From assembly GCA_032249735.1 (NCBI GenBank), contig JAVVHA010000012.1, positions 6,346-70,345 of the forward strand: DNA of 64,000 nucleotides, read 5' to 3'. Each line of letters begins with the position of its first letter. Position 1 is the stretch's first letter. A program made the translations under genes and the position numbers. Under the pieces are notes generated by a model. The model was not told where the DNA came from. It saw only the letters and a program-made list of their open reading frames with translations, and made no database searches. Of the stretch, positions 9,679-20,054 are shown piece after piece. Source of the stretch: Dehalococcoidia bacterium (GTDB lineage: Bacteria; Chloroflexota; Dehalococcoidia; SM23-28-2; HRBIN24).

Positions 9679-10782
9679 TTAACTCAGGCGCTGAACAGCA
9701 GCCAGCAGCCTTTCGGTGTCCATGGGGCGGCCGGCGGAGATGCGCAGGTGGTGACGCAACGAAGGATGCGCGTAGCAGCGTACCAGCACCCCCGTACGTC
9801 GCAACTCCTGCCACACCTCCCGCGCATCCCTCCCCATCACCCGACAGAGGAGGAAGTTGGCCTGGGAAGGGTACACTTCTAGCCAGGGGATGGAGGAGAG
9901 GCCTTGGGCCATCCTCTCCCTCTCGGCCACGATGGCCCTTATGCGCTCCTGTAGCACCCCCAAGTCCTCCAAGGAAGCAAGGGCGGCTACCTGGGCGGCT
10001 ACATTGACGTTATATGGCATCTTGGCCTTCAGCACAAGGGCGGCCATCTCCTTGGCCATGATGCCGTAGCCGATGCGCAGCCCGGCCAGGCCGGCCCATT
10101 TGCTAAAGGTACGCAGCACCACCAGGTTCTCCCTCTCCACGGCCAAGGGGTAGAAGGTGTGGCGGCGGCCTGGCCACTCCTGCTCGGCGAACTCCACATA
10201 GGCCTCGTCCACCACTACCAGGGCGCCGGTGGCCAGCAAGGCCTCCAGCTCTTCCCTCTGCACCAGGTTGCCCGTGGGGTTGTTAGGGGAGGCCAAGAAG
10301 CATACCGCCTCCGCCCCACGAAGAGCGCGGGCCATGGCTTCCACATCTAGGGAGAAGTCAGGGCGACGGGCCACCTCCACCACCTCCCCGCCATACAGAC
10401 GGGCCAAGAACCCGTACATGCCAAAGGTAGGCTGGGCCACCACCACCCGCCGCCCCGGCCCCACCCACAGCCGGCAGATGACGTCTAAGAGGTCATCGGA
10501 CCCCGCGCCACAGACGATGTGCCCTTCGTCCACCCCCAGGCCATGGGCCAAGGCCCGCCTCAGCTCCCGCTGCCAAGGGTCGGGGTAAAGGTGGGCCGTG
10601 GACAGGCCAATTAGGGCTGCCATGGCCTTAGGGGATGGGCCGTACGGGTTCTCGTTGCCGTCCAGTTTGGCCAGCATGTCTGGGGCAATGCCCAGCTCCC
10701 TGGCCACCACCTCTGGAGGGTCGATGGGCTCGTATCCCTCCATCTCGGCGATGTAAGGGCGGGCCAAGGGGAAGGAGGCCAT
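9679..10782 (-). CDS. hisC: Histidinol-phosphate aminotransferase
   Basis: A class II aminotransferase with LDGNENPYGPSP and a PLP-Lys region (FSKWAGLAGLRIGY). Confidence 0.9.
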   Translation of the reverse strand: MASFPLARPYIAEMEGYEPIDPPEVVARELGIAPDMLAKLDGNENPYGPSPKAMAALIGLSTAHLYPDPWQRELRRALAHGLGVDEGHIVCGAGSDDLLDVICRLWVGPGRRVVVAQPTFGMYGFLARLYGGEVVEVARRPDFSLDVEAMARALRGAEAVCFLASPNNPTGNLVQREELEALLATGALVVVDEAYVEFAEQEWPGRRHTFYPLAVERENLVVLRTFSKWAGLAGLRIGYGIMAKEMAALVLKAKMPYNVNVAAQVAALASLEDLGVLQERIRAIVAERERMAQGLSSIPWLEVYPSQANFLLCRVMGRDAREVWQELRRTGVLVRCYAHPSLRHHLRISAGRPMDTERLLAAVQRLS

Positions 10783-10783
10783 C

Positions 10784-12112
10784 TCAAGCCTTCCTCACCC
10801 TGCGGGCCTCCACGGCCGCGGCATGGCCCGTGAGGCCCTCGGCCCTGGCGATGGCCGCAGCCAGGGGGGCCAGCTCCCCCGCCTCCTCCCGCGTTATGTC
10901 GACATATGTGATGACCTTCAGAAAGTCCCAGACCCCCAAGGGAGAGGAGAAGCGAGCGCTGCCCCCGGTGGGCAGGACGTGGCTGGGCCCTACCACATAG
11001 TCGCCCAGGGACTCAGCAGCCGCCGGCCCGAGGAAAACACATCCCACGTTCCGCACCAGGGGTAGGAGGGCTCGTGGCTCCCGCACATGCAGGCAGAGGT
11101 GCTCCGGGGCCAGGGCGTTGGCCAACTCCATAGCCTCCCGCAGATCCGACAGCGCCACCATGGCCCCCCTGGCAGCCAGGGCCCGCTGGGCCACCTCCCG
11201 GCGGGCCAGACGCGGCAGGCCCCATTCCAGATGCTTTTGCACCGCATCCAGCAGCCCCTCCTGGGTGACTATGAGGACCACCGTGGCCAGCTCGTCGTGC
11301 TCGGCGCCGGCCAGCATGTCGACGGCCAACAGGGCGGGGTCAGCCCCATCATCGGCCACTATCACCGTCTCCGAGGGCCCGAAGATGCCATCGATGCCCA
11401 CTTGGCCGAAGAGGAGCCGCTTGGCAGTGGCCACGAAGATGTTGCCAGGGCCACAGATCTTGTCCACCGGTGGTACGGTGGCGGTGCCATAGGCCAGGGC
11501 GGCGATGCCCTGCACGCCACCGGCGCGGAAGACGCGGGACACCCCAGCTAGGCGGGCCGCCACCAGCTTCTCGGGCGCCACTCGCCCGTCGGGGCGGGCG
11601 GGGGTGGCCATCACCACCTCCCCCACCCCGGCCACGCGGGCGGGGATGGCCGTCATGAGCACAGTAGACGGATAGGAGACGACGCTGCCCGGCACATAGA
11701 TGCCCACCCTCTCCAACGGCCGCACCACCTGGCCTGCTCCATCGCCTTGGAAAGCCCGCTGGGCGTTCTCCAACTGGCGACGGTGGAAGGCCTCCACCCG
11801 ACGCGCCGCCTCCTGCAAGGCCTCCCGCAGAGGGATGGGCACTTCCTCCCACGCCCGGAGGATCTCCTCCTCCGTCACTACCAGAGGGGCATCGAGGGGT
11901 AGGCCGTCCAACAGGTGGTTATAGCGGGCCACGGCCTCGTCGCCTTGGGCCCGCACATCGGCCAGGATATATGCCACCACCTCCTGCACCGATAGGTCTG
12001 CCCCGAAGACCTCCCGCACTTTCTCCCGCACGTGGGGAGGCAGCTCCTCCTCGGGCGGAGGACGGCCCAGGAGCCAACGACGCGCTTCCTCCAGTCCTTT
12101 GAGCACTAGCAC
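10784..12112 (-). CDS. hisD: Histidinol dehydrogenase
   Basis: ICGPGNIFVATAKR, GPSETVIVADDGADPA, and AEHDELA, at full length. Confidence 0.95.
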   Translation of the reverse strand: MLVLKGLEEARRWLLGRPPPEEELPPHVREKVREVFGADLSVQEVVAYILADVRAQGDEAVARYNHLLDGLPLDAPLVVTEEEILRAWEEVPIPLREALQEAARRVEAFHRRQLENAQRAFQGDGAGQVVRPLERVGIYVPGSVVSYPSTVLMTAIPARVAGVGEVVMATPARPDGRVAPEKLVAARLAGVSRVFRAGGVQGIAALAYGTATVPPVDKICGPGNIFVATAKRLLFGQVGIDGIFGPSETVIVADDGADPALLAVDMLAGAEHDELATVVLIVTQEGLLDAVQKHLEWGLPRLARREVAQRALAARGAMVALSDLREAMELANALAPEHLCLHVREPRALLPLVRNVGCVFLGPAAAESLGDYVVGPSHVLPTGGSARFSSPLGVWDFLKVITYVDITREEAGELAPLAAAIARAEGLTGHAAAVEARRVRKA

Positions 12113-12858
12113 AGGTAAGCCCTCACTGCCTCCATCCCTTTCTCCACCGATGTCTCCAGGAAGAAGCGTATGCGTTCAGGGGTGAGATAGCGCACCGCCT
12201 CCTCCACCAGTTGGGGCAGGGTCTTGACGAACTGGGCGAAGGCCTCGGGTGTCTCGATGCCCGCCTCCTCCAGATAGCGACTGGCGATGAAGCGAAAACG
12301 TTCCCATTCCGGCGGCCTGCTGGCTACCCGCAGGGTGATCTCCCGCCAGCGGGACATGGTCTCGGCGTCCACAAAACCCAGGTCGATGCCCATGTCTGCC
12401 CGGGCCAGCTCTGATACGATATGGGCTACCAGCTCTGGGTCCCGCCTCCCCTCCCGGTCCATAGAGAACTGGACGGCCCGGTCTAGGATGTTGGCCCAGC
12501 AGTCGCCGCCTAGGGGCGAGCGCTCGCCGAAAAAGGGCCTGTATATCTGAGTTATCCATATCTCGTCCATGACCAAGTGAGTTATATAGCCAGCTACAAA
12601 GGCTGCCATATGAGGCGGGATGGCGTGGGCGTCCGCCAGATGGGGCTGGGCGCGCAAGAACTCGGCCACCCCGTCCTGATGGCCGAAGTTGGTCAGATCG
12701 AAGAAATGGGTCACCTTCCGGTCCCACCGAGTGAGGACCCGTATATCGGGGGTAGTGGAGCCCAGGTAGAGGGCACCGCGGTGACCATCCAGAATGGGAT
12801 GTCGCAGCCTATCACCTATCTCCTTGGCCACTACTGTGTGCAGGCCCAGGGGAGGCAC
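12106..12858 (-). CDS. Uncharacterised metal-dependent hydrolase-like protein (resembles the Zn-dependent PLC / S1-P1 nuclease superfamily)
   Basis: 250 aa with no signal peptide. The N-terminus GLHTVVAKEIGDRL is like the GxHxxVA start of P1/PLC-type enzymes, with several His/Asp pairs (ITHLVMDE). It overlaps the hisD start by 7 nt and sits inside the his operon. Confidence 0.5.
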   Translation of the reverse strand: MPPLGLHTVVAKEIGDRLRHPILDGHRGALYLGSTTPDIRVLTRWDRKVTHFFDLTNFGHQDGVAEFLRAQPHLADAHAIPPHMAAFVAGYITHLVMDEIWITQIYRPFFGERSPLGGDCWANILDRAVQFSMDREGRRDPELVAHIVSELARADMGIDLGFVDAETMSRWREITLRVASRPPEWERFRFIASRYLEEAGIETPEAFAQFVKTLPQLVEEAVRYLTPERIRFFLETSVEKGMEAVRAYLC

Positions 12859-12872
12859 CCTATCACCTCACG

Positions 12873-14279
12873 TTAGATTGTAGCAGAGCCTGCCACGGCC
12901 ACCGGCCGCAGCGAGTCCAGGAGCAAGCGCAAAAGCTCGCCGCGCCTCCCTGTGGGGGTGTGCCGCCCCACCACCACACAGGTGGTGGAGCGGAAGAGCA
13001 CGTCGATGGCCTTCAAACGGTTCTCGGCTAGGGTGCGGCCTGTCTCCGTCCCCTCGATGAGGAGATCGGCGTCCTCCGGCACAAACCCCTCTGAGGCACC
13101 CGCCGTGGGTATGACCCTGTACCGCCAGAGATGGCGACTCCGGGCATAATGGTCAGCGATGGCCACGAACTCGGAAGCGATGCGCACCAGTGGCCGCCCC
13201 TCCCGACGCCAAAAGGATATGGCTTCCTCCATGGTCTCCACTGGCAAGTCCACGCTCACTACAGCGCTCATGTTAAAGGCCCCTTTGCCCAGGTCCAGGG
13301 CCACGGCCACCGGGCTGGACGGGAACCGATAGATATGCTCAAGGAAGCAGTCGCGCCCAGTGAAGGCCAGATCGAAGGCACCCAGGGCCACCATCTGGGG
13401 CATATCCTGCGGGCGGATGACCTTGGCCTCGATGCCGTCCCATGGCCCAAGGGGTCTCCTTTCCCCCTCAGCATACCCGGGGAAAGAGAGCCCCGCCTCG
13501 GCTAGGGCCCCCAGGACATGAGGCTTTTGGTGGCCATCGGGGAGGGCCACCCGCAACACCTCCCGCTCCCGAGCAGGGGGACGCGGCCTCAGACCTAGCC
13601 CTCCCAGGGAAGCCGGTAACCTCATCCCTGGCACGGACGAAAGCCCCAAAGAGGCCAGGGCCGACAGCACCCAGCCCATGTCCAAGGCCTTGATCGCCTG
13701 ACGATGGGCGATGACCACAGGCGGCCCCTCCAGCACAGCTAGCAGGGGCACAAGCCCCCTCTTGACTACCTCTTCCTCGTGGCTGGCCAAGGCCAGGGCC
13801 AGGTCGGCGTCCTCAGGTGGGTAGGCCTCGGCGCTCCCCCAGACGGGGATGATGCGGTATCGGGGCAAGCGCAGGGCCAAGGCCAAGGCCTCCGCCAGAT
13901 GGGGGAACTCGGTGACGATGCGGGGCTCTGCCAAGCGGGAGAGGTCCGCCAGCGTCTGGGCCGTTGAGGGGGCGGCCATCAGAAAGAGGGTGGGGCCCGC
14001 CAAGGGAAGGGACCCCAGCTTCACCACCCCCTGCCGAGGGTTGCGGGCCAAGAACTCTTCCACCCACGCCGCCCCGCAGATACCCACATGGTACTGCCCT
14101 AAAGCGATCTGGACGGGTATATCCCGCTCTCGAAAGACCCTCACCCGGGCCCGCCCGTCCAGGGACAGACGATATGACCGCGAGCCTTCGCCGTAGCCAG
14201 GTACATCCAGGCCCACCTGGGACAGGAGCTGGGAGATGGGACGGCGCAGCTCCCCCGCTGGCAAGGCTATCTTTATCAC
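12873..14279 (-). CDS. hisG: ATP phosphoribosyltransferase, short-form type with an internal tandem duplication (two HisG catalytic-type repeats)
   Basis: Residues 1-215 and 250-468 are clear repeats (IKIALPAG/LRVALPDG; LLSQVGLDVPGY/ALAEAGLSFPGY; VFRERDIPVQIALG/VIRPQDMPQMVALG). The second repeat keeps the HisG motifs (AFDLAFTGRDCFLE). The first is degenerate. Confidence 0.85.
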   Translation of the reverse strand: MIKIALPAGELRRPISQLLSQVGLDVPGYGEGSRSYRLSLDGRARVRVFRERDIPVQIALGQYHVGICGAAWVEEFLARNPRQGVVKLGSLPLAGPTLFLMAAPSTAQTLADLSRLAEPRIVTEFPHLAEALALALRLPRYRIIPVWGSAEAYPPEDADLALALASHEEEVVKRGLVPLLAVLEGPPVVIAHRQAIKALDMGWVLSALASLGLSSVPGMRLPASLGGLGLRPRPPAREREVLRVALPDGHQKPHVLGALAEAGLSFPGYAEGERRPLGPWDGIEAKVIRPQDMPQMVALGAFDLAFTGRDCFLEHIYRFPSSPVAVALDLGKGAFNMSAVVSVDLPVETMEEAISFWRREGRPLVRIASEFVAIADHYARSRHLWRYRVIPTAGASEGFVPEDADLLIEGTETGRTLAENRLKAIDVLFRSTTCVVVGRHTPTGRRGELLRLLLDSLRPVAVAGSATI

Positions 14280-15505
14280 TTCTCGGCGCCTCCCGACAAA
14301 ACGGTCAAGGCCTCATCCACGCTCCCCACCTGCTGACCGGCCGACGCCCCAGCGCCAAAGGCCACCATGCCCTGGGGTCCCACCAGCAGACGGGGCCCTC
14401 CCCAAGAGACGCCGCGGGCCAGGGCCACCTGGGCAGGCAAACCTCTCTCCCGTAGGGCGGAGGCGGCTTGAAAGGCCGCAGCTACGGTAGTTGCTGCCCC
14501 ATCGGCCGGTTCCACCCAAACCGTGGCTGCTGCCACAGGAGGCCTGGTGACCAACGGCAGAAGGCGCCCCATGTACAGGGCGAAGCCGGAGGCGGGGACC
14601 TGGCGGCCACACAGCACCTCCACCAGGGCGTCGTAGCGACCGCCTCCCCCCACCACCACATCCCCCACCAAGAGCTGGAACACGGGGCCCGTATAGTACT
14701 CGAAATTGCGGACCATGGCCCCCGTCACCGTCGGCACCAGGCCCAGAGCCTCCAGGGTCTCAGCCAAGGCCTCCAGCTCGTCTAGGGGACGGGCGACCTC
14801 CGGTAAGGCCTGGGCGAAGGCTGCCCGCAGGTTGCGCACGTAGTTGGCCCCTTGCCCCTCCTCCCTCAGCAAGAGGTCCACCGCGGGCCCCAAGTCAGGG
14901 ATGCGACCTCGCAGTTGGGCCAGGGCCTCCTGCTCCCCGTCCAGTATGGCGTCGTATAGACGGAGCTGCTCCCCGGCGCTGAGGCCTGTCCTTTCCAGGA
15001 CCGCCCGCACAAGGCCCGGATGGGAGAGGCGCACCCCCAGGGCGCCCAGCCCCAGCCGGGCTAGCACCTCCCGGCCCAGAAGCACCAGCTCCACGTCCCC
15101 CAGGGGCTGCGTATCGCCCAGCAGCTCCACCCCACACTGCCACTCCTCCCTCTCCCCCTCCGTGAAGCGGAAGACGTTCTGTACGTAGAAGAGCTTGGCC
15201 AGCGGCGCTCCCATCATATGCTCGATGTAAAGACGGGCCACGGGTATGGTGCTATCGGGGCGCAGTACAACCCTCTCCCCGCTCCAGCCGTCCCAGTCCA
15301 GGAAGGAGTAGACTCGGCCCAACATCTGGGCGGAGAGGGTGCCGGCGGCGGTGAACAGAAAGAGGTGTTCAATGGTGGGGGTCCGCACCTCCTGGTAACC
15401 CCACTCACGACAGGTGAGGCGAAACACCTCCTCTACTTGCCGGAAGCGCTCCATCTCCTCCGGCAAGAGGTCGTGCATGCCTGGGCAGCGCAACGGCTCT
15501 TCCAT
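14276..15505 (-). CDS. hisZ: ATP phosphoribosyltransferase regulatory subunit (HisRS paralogue)
   Basis: Class II aaRS-like core (PGMHDLLPEEMERF, TPTIEHLFLF). The start is set at Met23 (15505) to leave about 90 nt for the divergent promoter region. The ORF track extends to 15571. Confidence 0.8.
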   Translation of the reverse strand: MEEPLRCPGMHDLLPEEMERFRQVEEVFRLTCREWGYQEVRTPTIEHLFLFTAAGTLSAQMLGRVYSFLDWDGWSGERVVLRPDSTIPVARLYIEHMMGAPLAKLFYVQNVFRFTEGEREEWQCGVELLGDTQPLGDVELVLLGREVLARLGLGALGVRLSHPGLVRAVLERTGLSAGEQLRLYDAILDGEQEALAQLRGRIPDLGPAVDLLLREEGQGANYVRNLRAAFAQALPEVARPLDELEALAETLEALGLVPTVTGAMVRNFEYYTGPVFQLLVGDVVVGGGGRYDALVEVLCGRQVPASGFALYMGRLLPLVTRPPVAAATVWVEPADGAATTVAAAFQAASALRERGLPAQVALARGVSWGGPRLLVGPQGMVAFGAGASAGQQVGSVDEALTVLSGGAEK

Positions 15506-15597
15506 AGGGCTGCAGACGAGGGACAAGAACATTCTAATGCCCTCGCCCATTAGGGGCAAAAGGGAGGCCATATAATGGAGGCTGAGGCCATCTCTTC

Positions 15598-16944
15598 ATG
15601 CGCTGGGCGTTGGCATACGGGCGTCCCCGGGGGGTTTACCTCTGGCCCATCCTTCTGGCCCTCCTTTTGGCCGCCTGCGCCGGGCCTGATGCCCCTCCCG
15701 GGGCCGTGCACGTCCTTCAAGCGCAGGGGCAGGTGGGGCCAGTGATGGCCCGCTACATCGGTCGCGGCCTTGGCCATGCCGAGGCCAAGGGGGCCGGGGC
15801 AGCAGTGATCCTCCTGGACACCCCCGGAGGCCTCTCCTCCTCCATGGACGACATCGTCAAACGCATCATGGGAGCCAAGGTGCCAGTGGTGGTATACGTG
15901 TGGCCGCCAGGGGGCCGAGCCGCTTCCGCTGGCACCTTCATCGTCATGGCCAGCCACGTGGCGGCCATGGCCCCGGGCACCAGCATCGGTGCCGCCACCC
16001 CTGTGGCCATAGGGGGCGAGGACCTAGGCGAGACCCTCCAGGACAAGGCCACCAACGACGCCGCCGCCCGCATCCGGGACATCGCCCGCCTCAGGGGCCG
16101 CAACGCCAACTGGGCGGAGGCGGCGGTGCGTCAGGCGGCCTCCGCTGGCGCCCAGGACGCCCTGCAGCTAGGGGTGGTGGAACATGTGGCCCCCGACCTG
16201 GCTACCCTACTGAAGGAGGTGGATGGCAAGCGCGTCACCTTGCAGGACGGTCGGGTGGTGGAGCTGCGCACCGCCTCCGCGCCCATAACCTTCAATAGAA
16301 TAAGCCCCGTAGAGCGCTTCCTAGACCTCATCGGCGATCCCAACATCTCCCTGCTCCTTTTGAGCTTAGGGGCGTTGGCCCTCCTTTATGAGATAGTCAA
16401 TCCAGGGGCCATATTTCCAGGAGTCTTCGGCCTTATCGCCATTATCCTGGGGTTCTTCGCCCTTAGCGTCATCCCCTTCAGCTGGGCGGGGCTGGCCCTC
16501 GTCCTGGTGGGCATCGCCCTTCTGGTGTTGGAGGTGTTCGTCACTAGCCACGGCATCTTGGGGGTGGGAGGAGTGGTGGCCCTCATCTTGGGGGCCATGT
16601 TCCTCACCCCTGGCAACCCCCGCTTCGCCGGCCCCAGCTTGGAGGTGAACCGCTGGCTGGCCTATGGCCTGGCTGCTGGGATGGGGCTATTTTTTGCCAC
16701 CATCGTGGTAAACGTGGTGCGCGCCCGGCGTCGTCCCGCCCTGATGGGCCCGGACACCATAATAGGGGAGAAGGGGGTGGCCAGGTCGCCCCTCAACCCC
16801 AGAGGGTTCGTGATGATAAAGGGGGAGTACTGGCAGGCAGAGACGGAGGAAGGGGAGGTGCAGCCGGGAGAGGAGGTCATCGTCGTGGGGCGTGAAGGGT
16901 TGCGTCTGAAGGTGAGGAAGCGACAAGGAGGTGAGGAAAAATGA
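15598..16944 (+). CDS. NfeD-like membrane-bound ClpP-class serine protease with a C-terminal OB-fold domain
   Basis: Signal/TM N-terminus, ClpP-like core ([20 protein letters not shown]), multiple TM helices, and a C-terminal OB domain. An ATGA overlap with the SPFH gene. Confidence 0.85.
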   Translation: MRWALAYGRPRGVYLWPILLALLLAACAGPDAPPGAVHVLQAQGQVGPVMARYIGRGLGHAEAKGAGAAVILLDTPGGLSSSMDDIVKRIMGAKVPVVVYVWPPGGRAASAGTFIVMASHVAAMAPGTSIGAATPVAIGGEDLGETLQDKATNDAAARIRDIARLRGRNANWAEAAVRQAASAGAQDALQLGVVEHVAPDLATLLKEVDGKRVTLQDGRVVELRTASAPITFNRISPVERFLDLIGDPNISLLLLSLGALALLYEIVNPGAIFPGVFGLIAIILGFFALSVIPFSWAGLALVLVGIALLVLEVFVTSHGILGVGGVVALILGAMFLTPGNPRFAGPSLEVNRWLAYGLAAGMGLFFATIVVNVVRARRRPALMGPDTIIGEKGVARSPLNPRGFVMIKGEYWQAETEEGEVQPGEEVIVVGREGLRLKVRKRQGGEEK

Positions 16945-17747
16945 CCCAACGAGAGGCCGGGGCCCGCATAGCCGATTGGCTAGCCCGTGTGCTGACCATC
17001 CTGGGCTATGTCCTGGCCATCCCCCTTTTCTGGATGGCCATCCGCATCGTGCAGGAGTACGAGAGGGGGGTTATATTCCGCCTGGGTCGCTTGGTAGGGG
17101 CCAGGGGCCCAGGCCTATTCTTCATCCTCCCCTTCGTCGAGAGGATGGTGAAAGTGGACCTGCGGGTGGTGACCATGGACGTTCCCCGCCAGGAGGCCAT
17201 CACCCGCGACAACGTCACCGTCAAGGTAGATGCCGTCATCTACTTCCGCGTAGTGAACCCCGAGGACGCGGTGGTGAAGGTGGCCGATTACATCCGGGCC
17301 ACCTCGCTTATCTCCCAGACCACCCTGCGTAACGTCATCGGCCAGTCGGAGCTGGACGAGCTCCTATCGCGGCGGGAGCAGGTGAACATGCGGCTGCAGC
17401 AGATCATCGACGAGGCCACCGAACCTTGGGGAGTGAAGGTGACGGCGGTGGAGGTGCGGGACGTCATCCTCGCTCCCGAGATGGTGCGGGCCATCGCCCG
17501 CCAGGCGGAGGCGGAGCGAGAGCGACGGGCCAAGGTCATCAACGCTGAGGGCGAGTTCCAGGCCGCCCAACGCCTGGCCGAGGCCGCCCAGGTCATGGCC
17601 CAGAACCCCATCACCGTGCAGCTCCGCTTCCTGCAAACCCTCTCGGAGATCTCCACCGAGCGCAACAGCACCATAGTCTTTCCCATCCCCATCGACCTCA
17701 TCCAGGCCTTTGTCGACCGGACACGGGGAGGGCCAAGGGGCAGCTAG
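16941..17747 (+). CDS. SPFH / band 7 (stomatin-like) protein
   Basis: [34 protein letters not shown], a coiled-coil [10 protein letters not shown] region, and a TM anchor. A classic partner of NfeD. Confidence 0.9.
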   Translation: MTQREAGARIADWLARVLTILGYVLAIPLFWMAIRIVQEYERGVIFRLGRLVGARGPGLFFILPFVERMVKVDLRVVTMDVPRQEAITRDNVTVKVDAVIYFRVVNPEDAVVKVADYIRATSLISQTTLRNVIGQSELDELLSRREQVNMRLQQIIDEATEPWGVKVTAVEVRDVILAPEMVRAIARQAEAERERRAKVINAEGEFQAAQRLAEAAQVMAQNPITVQLRFLQTLSEISTERNSTIVFPIPIDLIQAFVDRTRGGPRGS

Positions 17748-18517
17748 CCACGCAGGGTGACATCACCGGCTTCGACGGCCACCAGGGTGCCGTCGGGGCG
17801 GCGCACCAGCAGGTGGCCTTGGGTATCCACGTCCTCGGCCAGCCCCTCTATCACTTCCTGGCCCCGGGAAACCCGCACCTGCTGCCCTAGGGTGATGAGC
17901 CGCTCCCGCCACCGCCGCCACACCTCCTCTGGCGATGCGCCCTCCAAGAGGGCCTCCAGATGGTTAAGGATGGCAGCGAGAACCTCCTCCCTGGCCACCT
18001 CCCGCCCCAGCTCGTGCCGCAGACTGGTGGCCACCTCGGCCAGCTCGGGGAAGCTGGCTATATCCATGTTCACGTTGACCCCGATGCCCACCAAGGAGTA
18101 GAGCACCTCATCACCCCTTATCTCCGTCTCGATGAGGACGCCGGCCACCTTCCGCCTCCCGAGCCAGACATCGTTGGGCCACTTTATGCCCGCCCGCAGG
18201 GGGGTTGTCTCCTCCAACGCCCGGGCCACGGCCAGGGGGGCCGCCATGGCCAGCTGGGCCACTTGGGTCCTTGGGGGGCGGAGCACCACCGTCAGATAGA
18301 GGTTCTGGCCGGGCGGCGAGACCCACGACCGGCCCAAGCGCCCCCGGCCGGCTGTCTGCTCGTCGGCCACCACTACCGTGCCGGGAGGGGCACCAGCCTC
18401 CGCCTCCCGTCGGGCCGCGTCCTGCGTGGAGGAGGTGATGGTGCAGTATATGAGGGAGCGACCAAGCCAGCGGGTGGTGAGGCGCTCCTGCAAATGGGGC
18501 AAATGGAGCCAGGTCAT
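17744..18517 (-). CDS. birA: Biotin--[acetyl-CoA-carboxylase] ligase (group I, no HTH domain)
   Basis: [43 protein letters not shown] (the BirA GRGRxGR motif). Confidence 0.85.
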   Translation of the reverse strand: MTWLHLPHLQERLTTRWLGRSLIYCTITSSTQDAARREAEAGAPPGTVVVADEQTAGRGRLGRSWVSPPGQNLYLTVVLRPPRTQVAQLAMAAPLAVARALEETTPLRAGIKWPNDVWLGRRKVAGVLIETEIRGDEVLYSLVGIGVNVNMDIASFPELAEVATSLRHELGREVAREEVLAAILNHLEALLEGASPEEVWRRWRERLITLGQQVRVSRGQEVIEGLAEDVDTQGHLLVRRPDGTLVAVEAGDVTLRG

Positions 18518-18518
18518 A

Positions 18519-20033
18519 TCATACCCCCTTCATGCGACGCAGGAAGGCGCGGGCCACCTCCCGGTCGTCACACGGGTAGGAAGAGGAGCCAGCGTAGACA
18601 TGGGTCTCGTGCCCTTTGCCCGCCAGAACCACCACATCCCCCTCCCCAGCCATGCTCAGGGCATGGGCAATGGCCTGGCGGCGGTCCGGCACCACCAGGT
18701 AGTCGCGCCCCTCCTCCCGCCCCGCCTCCTGCAGGCCAGCCACTATCTCCTGGAATATGGACTCTCGCTCCTCATCGTAAGGGTTGTCGTCGGTGACGAT
18801 GACGTAGTCCGCCATCTGGCCAGCGATGCGCCCCATAGGCCGGCGGCGATGGCGGTCTCGCCCCCCAATACAGCCGAACACGAGGACGACCCTGCCCCGC
18901 GCGCTCTGGCGGGCCAAGGCGAGCAGGCGGGCCAGGGCCTGGGGGGCGTGAGCATAATCCACCACCACCGGGAAAGGCTGCCCTTCGTCCACCAGCTCCA
19001 GACGCCCGGGAGCTCCCCGCCAAGAAGCCAGGCCCTGTGCCACCACCGGCAGGGGAAGGCCCATGGCCAGGGCGGTGGCCGTCCCCGCCAGGGCCCCCAT
19101 CACCCCCGCTTCCCCCGGGACGGCCACCTCTACCTCCGTTTCCCCCCAAGGTGTGCGGAGATGGAAGGCCACCCCCCAACCCCGAGGTCGCACGTCCAGA
19201 GCCCGCACCTGGGCCCCTGGGCCCAGGCCATAGGTCAGCACCTCGGCTTGGGTGAGGGAGCGGAAGTAGGACCAACTGGGGTCATCGGCGTTGAGGATGG
19301 CCCACTTCCCCACGCCCTTGCTGGGGGCCTCGTCCAGCAGGGAGAAGAGACGGCCCTTGGCGGCGCGATAAGCTTCCCAGGAGCCATGGAAGTCCAAGTG
19401 ATCCTCCCCCAGATGGGTCATGACCGCCACGTCGAAGTAGGCGTCCTCCACACGGCGGAGGGCTAGCCCATGGGATGTGCACTCTACCACAGCATATCGG
19501 CACCCATGAGCCACCATGGCTGCTAGGGCCGCCTGCAGCTCGGGGGCCTCAGGGGTGGTACGGCCCTCCCAACCCTCCAGGCCAAGGCCCACATCCATCC
19601 CTGCCGTGCCCATGAGCCCCACCTGGTGGCCGTCATATCGTAAGAGGTGAGCAATAAGGTGAACCAGGCTCGTCTTCCCATCGGTTCCCGTCACGCCGAT
19701 GACGGTAAGCCTCATAGCGGGGAAGCCGTGGAAGGCGGCCGCCAACCGGGAGAGAGCTGCGCGGGCATCCTCCACCACTAAGGTGGGCACCCCGTCCTCG
19801 CGCAGCCCCTCCACCCACTGAGGGTGGTCGGCCTGGACCGCCACAGCGGCCGCCCCCCTCTCCAAGGCCTGGGGGATGAAGAGGTGGCCGTCCCACCGCA
19901 GGCCGGGGACGGCCACGAACAACTCCCCTGCCCTTATGCGCCGGGAATCGTAAGCGATGCCTGTGACCGTCACATCGGGGCCCTGGAAACGGGCGCCGGG
20001 GACATGGGCAGCTAGGGAGCGCAAGGAGAGCAT
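18519..20033 (-). CDS. murE: UDP-N-acetylmuramoyl-L-alanyl-D-glutamate--2,6-diaminopimelate ligase
   Basis: Mur ligase (VIGVTGTDGKTS P-loop, DYAHAP, C-terminal domain). The GGAGG RBS lies directly after the rnpB 3' end. Confidence 0.95.
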   Translation of the reverse strand: MLSLRSLAAHVPGARFQGPDVTVTGIAYDSRRIRAGELFVAVPGLRWDGHLFIPQALERGAAAVAVQADHPQWVEGLREDGVPTLVVEDARAALSRLAAAFHGFPAMRLTVIGVTGTDGKTSLVHLIAHLLRYDGHQVGLMGTAGMDVGLGLEGWEGRTTPEAPELQAALAAMVAHGCRYAVVECTSHGLALRRVEDAYFDVAVMTHLGEDHLDFHGSWEAYRAAKGRLFSLLDEAPSKGVGKWAILNADDPSWSYFRSLTQAEVLTYGLGPGAQVRALDVRPRGWGVAFHLRTPWGETEVEVAVPGEAGVMGALAGTATALAMGLPLPVVAQGLASWRGAPGRLELVDEGQPFPVVVDYAHAPQALARLLALARQSARGRVVLVFGCIGGRDRHRRRPMGRIAGQMADYVIVTDDNPYDEERESIFQEIVAGLQEAGREEGRDYLVVPDRRQAIAHALSMAGEGDVVVLAGKGHETHVYAGSSSYPCDDREVARAFLRRMKGV

Positions 20034-20054
20034 GTCCCAAGGCCTCCAAGTGGG

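Noticed and set aside
18378-19466. 362-aa ORF antisense to murE and similar long antisense ORFs (e.g. 11349-11852, 17960-18796, 39408-40229, 54608-55957)
   Set aside because: Low-complexity Arg/Pro/Gly-rich products opposite well-supported genes. These are a high-GC frame artefact.
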